11,887 nt of DNA from a virus (lineage: Duplodnaviria > Heunggongvirae > Uroviricota > Caudoviricetes), in the IMG/VR virus record IMGVR_UViG_2541047953_000003, positions 1 to 11,887 of that record; one strand, 5' to 3'. The notes beneath the pieces are model-generated. The model was not told the origin of the DNA and did not search any database. It was given only the letters and a program-made list of their open reading frames with translations. A program made the translations under genes and the position numbers. Within the stretch, counting starts at the first letter, position 1; every line of letters starts with the position of its first letter. Shown one piece after another: positions 7,680 through 11,887 of this stretch.

Positions 7680-8165
7680 ATGAAAAAATCACTGTTAATT
7701 ATCCCGCTTCTGCTGGCAGGGTGTGCAAAGATTAGCGACTATCAGGCAAGTTGCGAACAACGCTATCCAAAGCTTAGCGATATGGCTAATTGCCTTGATG
7801 CTAGCGTGAAGAGCGACTCACGCATGGCATCAGCACCAACACCTAAGTTATATGTCCTTGCTGCGAAGATGCTCGGGCAAGGTGTCGATGATGGCAAGAT
7901 AAGTGACGCGCAGGCAAGACTTGAGCTTCAGAATCTTTATGTTCAATTACAAAGCCAAGAACAAGCCCAACAAATAGCGCAAAGCCAAGCATTCCAGCAG
8001 GCTTTATTGAATTATCAGGCTGTAAACACTATGCAAGCGATCGAGCAAAAAGCGAGACAGCCTGTTATAACTCAACCATATCCAACACGAGTTGACACTT
8101 ACACAAACTGCAATTCAGGGTTTGGAAATACAGTCACATGCAACAGTAGCAGTAACATCAGATAA
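7680..8165 (+). CDS. Putative prophage lipoprotein (161 aa) with a Gln-rich, probably coiled-coil region
   Basis: Start taken at MKKSLLIIPLLLAGC (lipobox LAGC) with RBS AAGGAGA 9 nt upstream. The in-frame ATG at 7650 is less likely. The mature part contains a Q-rich heptad-like stretch (LELQNLYVQLQSQEQAQQIAQSQAFQQALLNYQ). I recognise no family. Confidence 0.6.
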   Translation: MKKSLLIIPLLLAGCAKISDYQASCEQRYPKLSDMANCLDASVKSDSRMASAPTPKLYVLAAKMLGQGVDDGKISDAQARLELQNLYVQLQSQEQAQQIAQSQAFQQALLNYQAVNTMQAIEQKARQPVITQPYPTRVDTYTNCNSGFGNTVTCNSSSNIR

Positions 8166-8255
8166 CAATCAGCAAAGGTATCGCCTATGCAGAGGGATAC
8201 GATAAACCTCGCGTTCTACATATTTGGTTTTTGCACGTTCATGGTGTTTGAAAAG

Positions 8256-10649
8256 CTATTCTGACAACGCATCAGACTTAGCCCCCTGCATCATAGCGTT
8301 AATTGCCTTTTGTGCCTGCTGCATGGCTTTCTCAAACGCTGTTGAACCGCGTGGGGTGTTTGCCATTCGGAGCATTGCATTTCTGAATGGCTCGCTCTCA
8401 TAGGCGCGAGTAAGAAGTCCGTAGCTTACTGCTGCGCCAGTTGTCGCCGGGTTCATTGCCGTCCCATACCCAATTATGAACGGGATAGTTTGCTGCCCTG
8501 TGGGTGTTGTTACTGCCGCTTTTGCAGCCTGCTGCGTGGATTGCAGGTAGTTTTTTAATCCTTTCAGATAAGCAGCGTCCTGCCCCTTAAATGTGATGCC
8601 AGTCTGTTTTTGCAGGATGTTAAGCTGCCGAAGGAACTGGTCAGGGGATCCGCCAGATTTCTCCATCGCCTTTCCAATGATGCCATTGCGCATTTGCGCC
8701 CTGCCAACACGACCAACTGAGTTATACAGCGTCTTAATTTCCGATTTGTTCTTGCTGAATAGCATGTTGTTGACAACTTCCGGTGTCAGGTCGCCTTTCA
8801 TGAGAACATTCTTCAGCCTGGTATTCTTTAGTTTCGCCGCTTCGTCAGCGTAGACGGCATTGGCCTGCTGATATTTACGGAGAGTATCGTTGCCAAGATT
8901 CTGACCAATGGCACCATTGATATCGTCTGTCATCGCCTTGTAAACGCGCTGAATGGCAGCATCGGAACGGTTTGGCAACACTGGTCGTTCCCCCTTCACG
9001 TCCATTCTGAACTGGCTGCGCAGATCGCTTAATTGCTTCAAATCCAGATTTACCGGACCATCAGGACCAGCATTGCGAACAAGCTCATCACGATAGGACT
9101 GAAGTTTTGAAATAGTCTCGTTATCGGCGACCTTACCAAGCTTCTGCAGATTAGATATTTCTGTATCAATCTGCTGAATTGCTCGCGCAGGATGAATGTT
9201 TACTCCAGCCATAGCATTCTGAACCTGCTCCAGTCGATTACCGGCGGCACGACGAATTCCTGATGTTTTCGCTTTAAGGCTGTCAATAACAACCGCTGGA
9301 TCATACTCACCGAATTTATCGGCAAATCTCTGCACCAACTGGCTTCTCGCTTCCTGTTGCGTTGCTCTCATTCCGCTTGTGCCAGCCAGGGGGATATTTT
9401 CTGCTGTAGTCTGCGCCATTTTCCCGACGCGGGAAGTAGGCTGTAACAGGTCTGTGGTGTGCAGAGGAACTCCTTCACGCTCTGCAAACCTGATAGCCTG
9501 TTGAGCTTCTGGTGCTATCGAACCACGAACACCACGATAAGCAGCACCTAATCCACGTCCGGCAGCGTTAATAGCACCGCCAGCCAGCACACCAACGCCT
9601 AAATCGGTGGCGAGTGCTTCCGCATCATCTTTCGCACTGTTTGCAGCAAGTGATCCAACTGCGTTTTCTGCTAGAAGACGAGTTGCACCCTGAGCAATTC
9701 GACCAGCAAGTGTTGGTGCCTGTGTTGCCGCTCTCTCAACGCCAGCAGGAGTGAGGTAAGGCAATGCTTCAGCAAATACCCTTCCCTCTGTCGTTTGTGG
9801 AGTCAGCGCGCCTTGCTGAAGGCCAAAGTCCTGCTCTAATCCCTGCGTTGTTACTCGTGGTGCTGGTTGATATGTACCATCGCCAATGCCGAGTTTACCT
9901 CCAGCCCAAGCCGCCGCGCTTGTTACAGCATCAGTGAGTTCAGCAGGTATGTTCGCTACGTTGATTCCTGCCTGTAGTAAGCCGCGCCCGGTTTCAGCAA
10001 GTCCATTACCAAGGTCAGACATTATTCCGCCTTGCTGCTGAACAGGTTTCGGTGCGACAGAACTTACGGGTTGAGGTGGCTGCTGACTGGCTGCCTGCTG
10101 CTCAATCTGAGCAAATGGATTATTTGGGTCTGACTGCACGCCTGATGCCGATACTTGTTCGGATGACTGTGCTTCCAGTTGTGCAAACGGGTTGTTAGGG
10201 TCTTGCTGAGGATGTACCTTTGCAGAGGTGGCGCGCTGTTCGACTGTTGAGTCTGTCACCGGGTCACCCGCCCATTGAGCAAAGCGATCATCAACGTAAC
10301 CGCGGCCTTCAGGTCCTGGCGTATATTCACCACGCTTTGCCTTCATAACGTTGCCGGGACCGTCGTGATAAGCCTGAAGAGCGTCACGCCAGTTACCAAA
10401 CTGCTGGTACATCTTTGCCAGATAGCGCGCGCCAGCGTCAGCCTGATATTCGGGGTTTTGCATTTGCTCATCGGTATAACCCATATCACGCCATGTCCCA
10501 GGCATGACCTGAGTCAATCCTACAGCCCCGGCGGAGCTTACTGCGGCAGGGTTGTAAGAAGACTCCTTGGCACCCAGTGCAGTCATCAACCCTTCTGGCA
10601 CACCGTAACGTGCGCCAGCCTGCTCTAACAAATCACGGTAATTAGCCAT
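8256..10649 (-). CDS. Phage ejection (internal virion) protein with an N-terminal lytic transglycosylase (SLT) domain
   Basis: 797-aa ORF. The N-terminus carries family-1 lytic transglycosylase motifs (ALGAKESSYNP with catalytic Glu; AVGLTQVMPGTW; AGARYL). It is followed by a tandem peptide repeat (DPNNPFAQLE / DPNNPFAQIE) and a long Ala/Gly/Gln-rich body. Its position upstream of the immI-like region and tailspike corresponds to the last ejection gene of P22-like phages. Confidence 0.75.
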   Translation of the reverse strand: MANYRDLLEQAGARYGVPEGLMTALGAKESSYNPAAVSSAGAVGLTQVMPGTWRDMGYTDEQMQNPEYQADAGARYLAKMYQQFGNWRDALQAYHDGPGNVMKAKRGEYTPGPEGRGYVDDRFAQWAGDPVTDSTVEQRATSAKVHPQQDPNNPFAQLEAQSSEQVSASGVQSDPNNPFAQIEQQAASQQPPQPVSSVAPKPVQQQGGIMSDLGNGLAETGRGLLQAGINVANIPAELTDAVTSAAAWAGGKLGIGDGTYQPAPRVTTQGLEQDFGLQQGALTPQTTEGRVFAEALPYLTPAGVERAATQAPTLAGRIAQGATRLLAENAVGSLAANSAKDDAEALATDLGVGVLAGGAINAAGRGLGAAYRGVRGSIAPEAQQAIRFAEREGVPLHTTDLLQPTSRVGKMAQTTAENIPLAGTSGMRATQQEARSQLVQRFADKFGEYDPAVVIDSLKAKTSGIRRAAGNRLEQVQNAMAGVNIHPARAIQQIDTEISNLQKLGKVADNETISKLQSYRDELVRNAGPDGPVNLDLKQLSDLRSQFRMDVKGERPVLPNRSDAAIQRVYKAMTDDINGAIGQNLGNDTLRKYQQANAVYADEAAKLKNTRLKNVLMKGDLTPEVVNNMLFSKNKSEIKTLYNSVGRVGRAQMRNGIIGKAMEKSGGSPDQFLRQLNILQKQTGITFKGQDAAYLKGLKNYLQSTQQAAKAAVTTPTGQQTIPFIIGYGTAMNPATTGAAVSYGLLTRAYESEPFRNAMLRMANTPRGSTAFEKAMQQAQKAINAMMQGAKSDALSE

Positions 10650-10811
10650 TTACTGCCCCAAAGATGGAAGATATCCGTAGCGATTAATGAAGTCGATTGA
10701 CAGCTCGGGGTGCTGCTTCAGGTAATGGTCATGTATGAAGACGGTGAGATGTGGTCTGCAATGTGGAATGGCAATCGCTGGGATGATGGCACCGAATATC
10801 CGGATCCGCAC
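10650..10811 (-). pseudogene. Possible 3' remnant of the upstream ejection-protein gene (no start codon); marks the deletion junction
   Basis: The - strand frame ending at TAA (complement of 10650..10652), directly abutting the ATG of the 797-aa gene (TAAATG), is open for only 53 codons and contains no Met. It overlaps a + strand small ORF (10725..10868), so one of the two is not real. Confidence 0.3.
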
Positions 10812-10864
10812 TCAGTTACGCACTGGCGTGAAATGCCAGCAGCGCCGAAACAGGAGGTGAAGTC

Positions 10865-11077
10865 GTGAGCAAGCACATCATCAAATATGACTATCGAGAG
10901 GGAGTTAAACTTGCAAAGCATGAAATAGAAACGTGGTGCGGACATGCGCCACAATTTTCAGACTGGTTGTTTCAGGATGCTCAGCACGCGCTGTTGAGCA
11001 TTGAGCAGGGAACGCTGCTTGTTCCTTGCAAGAATTGTCTGGCAGCAATCATCAAAACGGCGCAGGAGGTGAAGTGA
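10865..11077 (+). CDS. Small hypothetical protein (70 aa, GTG start), possible Cys/His metal-binding motif
   Basis: Strong SD (CAGGAGGTGAAGT) 8 nt upstream of the GTG. Contains CGH ... CKNC. Its stop overlaps the start of the next gene (TGATG). Confidence 0.5.
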   Translation: MSKHIIKYDYREGVKLAKHEIETWCGHAPQFSDWLFQDAQHALLSIEQGTLLVPCKNCLAAIIKTAQEVK

Positions 11078-11361
11078 TGGACTCCTTCGCGAAATATACG
11101 ATCATTGACTGGATAGCATTCCTTCAGGTTTTGCTCATCTGGTTTTATATGGCTTACAGGAGTGGACAGTGGATTGTCAGTGTAGCCTGTAGCAAGGGAT
11201 GGCGTTGGTGGAACAGAAAGAATAAAAAAGCACTGGCATTGGATTCGTTTTACGAAGCATTCAATCTTAACAGCCTTCAGCCTGGTTCTGTCATTGTAGT
11301 CACCACTCAAAGCGGCATGACGATACAAATTCACAAGCCAAAGGAGGAAGGTCGTGGCTAA
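11077..11361 (+). CDS. Small hypothetical membrane protein (94 aa)
   Basis: Start at MDSFAKY, preceded by the same 13-nt CAGGAGGTGAAGT element. One N-terminal hydrophobic helix (IIDWIAFLQVLLIWFYMAY). The longer ORF from 11026 is less likely. Confidence 0.5.
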   Translation: MDSFAKYTIIDWIAFLQVLLIWFYMAYRSGQWIVSVACSKGWRWWNRKNKKALALDSFYEAFNLNSLQPGSVIVVTTQSGMTIQIHKPKEEGRG

Positions 11362-11423
11362 CCTGCAACTTGCCGTCAAAGGTGAATAACAATCCTCGCA
11401 TTCACTGGGATTTCTTTTATCTG

Positions 11424-11450
11424 AACTCGCTACGGCGAGTTTTGTTTTAT
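11424..11450 (+). terminator. Candidate hairpin terminator after the membrane-protein gene
   Basis: Stem AACTCGC / GCGAGTT with loop TACG, followed by TTTTGTTTTAT. Confidence 0.4.
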
Positions 11451-11461
11451 GGAGATGATAA

Positions 11462-11629
11462 ATGCACTTCCGAGTCACAGGTGAATGGAATGGAGAGCCA
11501 TTCGACAGGGTTATCGAAGCCGAGAACATCAGCGACTGCTATGACCACTGGATGCTGTGGGCGCAGATAGCACATGCAGACGTAACCAATATTCGAATTG
11601 AAGAACTGAAAGAACACCAAGCCGCCTGA
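11462..11629 (+). CDS. Small hypothetical protein (55 aa), prophage right-arm gene
   Basis: ATG preceded by GGAG with 7-nt spacing; ORF MHFRVTGEWNGEPFDRVIEAENISDCYDHWMLWAQIAHADVTNIRIEELKEHQAA, followed directly by a strong terminator. It is below the ORF-track size cutoff. It may correspond to the small ypdJ-type ORF next to torI in K-12, but I do not recognise the sequence. Confidence 0.45.
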   Translation: MHFRVTGEWNGEPFDRVIEAENISDCYDHWMLWAQIAHADVTNIRIEELKEHQAA

Positions 11630-11641
11630 TGGCGGTTTTTT
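11621..11641 (+). terminator. Rho-independent terminator
   Basis: Stem CCGCC (11622..11626) / GGCGG (11631..11635) with loop TGAT containing the stop codon, followed by TTTTTTATT. Confidence 0.75.
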
Positions 11642-11651
11642 ATTGCCTGAT

Positions 11652-11667
11652 TTGCAGGTTCGATTCC
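11652..11667 (+). repeat. Second exact copy of the 16-bp argW segment TTGCAGGTTCGATTCC; candidate att core (attR or internal junction)
   Basis: 16/16 identity with 2620..2635. It lies between a terminator and the RBS of the excisionase gene. The sequence downstream of the repeat is not tRNA-like. Confidence 0.55.
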
Positions 11668-11686
11668 CTATTCGGAGATAGCACTC

Positions 11687-11887
11687 ATGCAACACGAACT
11701 ACAGCCTGATTCACTGGTTGATTTGAAATTCATCATGGCCGATACTGGCTTCGGTAAAACCTTCATCTACGACCGGATTAAGTCCGGCGACCTGCCAAAA
11801 GCCAAAGTTATCCACGGGCGAGCAAGATGGTTATATCGTGACCATTGTGAATTCAAAAATAAGCTCTTAAGCCGCGCCAATGGGTAA
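11687..11887 (+). CDS. torI: Excisionase / recombination directionality factor (Xis/AlpA winged-helix family), TorI-like
   Basis: 66-aa ORF with the AlpA/Xis-type pattern (FIMADTGFGKTFIYDRIKSGDLPKAKVIHGRARWLYRD); RBS GGAG 9 nt upstream. Size and position at the far end of an argW prophage from intS match KplE1 TorI as I recall it. Confidence 0.65.
   Translation: MQHELQPDSLVDLKFIMADTGFGKTFIYDRIKSGDLPKAKVIHGRARWLYRDHCEFKNKLLSRANG

Larger units (their letters stand above)
2620..11887. mobile_element. Defective P22/KplE1-type prophage integrated at argW; right boundary uncertain and may lie beyond the window
   Basis: Integrase next to the tRNA, a phage late-gene module (ejection protein, immI-like mnt, tailspike) on the - strand, excisionase at the far end, a 16-bp direct repeat of tRNA sequence, and a truncated gene at the module junction. 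No head, lysis, replication or immunity-region genes are present. Confidence 0.8.

Noticed and set aside
8564-8853. ORFs 8564..8776 (-) and 8593..8853 (+) inside the ejection-protein gene
   Set aside because: Off-frame or antisense within a long ORF that has a recognisable SLT domain.
10275-10628. ORF 10275..10628 (+, 117 aa) antisense to the SLT domain coding region
   Set aside because: The opposite strand encodes the conserved transglycosylase motifs.
8256-10649. Possibility that the 797-aa protein is a tape-measure protein of a long-tailed phage
   Set aside because: The context is P22-like (tailspike with P22-type head-binding domain, Mnt), and an N-terminal SLT domain with a low-complexity body fits an ejection/internal virion protein. 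No tail tube or sheath genes are present.
10718-11695. Minus-strand ORFs 10718..10954, 10981..11529 and 11447..11695, and + strand ORF 11370..11570
   Set aside because: Cys/Ser-rich translations with no RBS. The + strand small genes in this region have strong SD sequences, start/stop coupling and a terminator.
1-11887. CRISPR arrays, IS elements with terminal inverted repeats, integron attC sites
   Set aside because: No regularly spaced direct repeats, no transposase-like ORFs and no terminal inverted repeats were seen. The only significant repeats are the 16-bp tRNA segment, the 13-nt gene-junction element and short operator-like palindromes.

Overview
This window reads as an E. coli-type enterobacterial chromosome: a core segment (3' end of a + strand ORF, mlaA/vacJ, yfdC) runs into tRNA-Arg(CCU) argW, and a defective P22/KplE1-type prophage of about 9 kb sits at that tRNA. 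All identifications are by eye from the sequence and from remembered protein families; no searches were run. The prophage carries a P4-type integrase (intS-like), a P22-type tailspike, an orphan Mnt repressor with a palindromic operator, two divergent lipoproteins, a large ejection protein with an N-terminal lytic transglycosylase domain, several small coupled ORFs and a TorI-like excisionase. The best candidate for an undescribed system is the two-gene module at 4001..4557 (- strand), in the slot where P22-like phages usually carry O-antigen conversion genes. It encodes a small protein and a genetically pre-truncated UmuD'-like protein lacking the GDSM serine motif, sits behind a near-consensus LexA box, and has no UmuC-like polymerase gene next to it. 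A second exact copy of a 16-bp argW segment lies just upstream of the excisionase gene, so the right-hand prophage boundary is unresolved.
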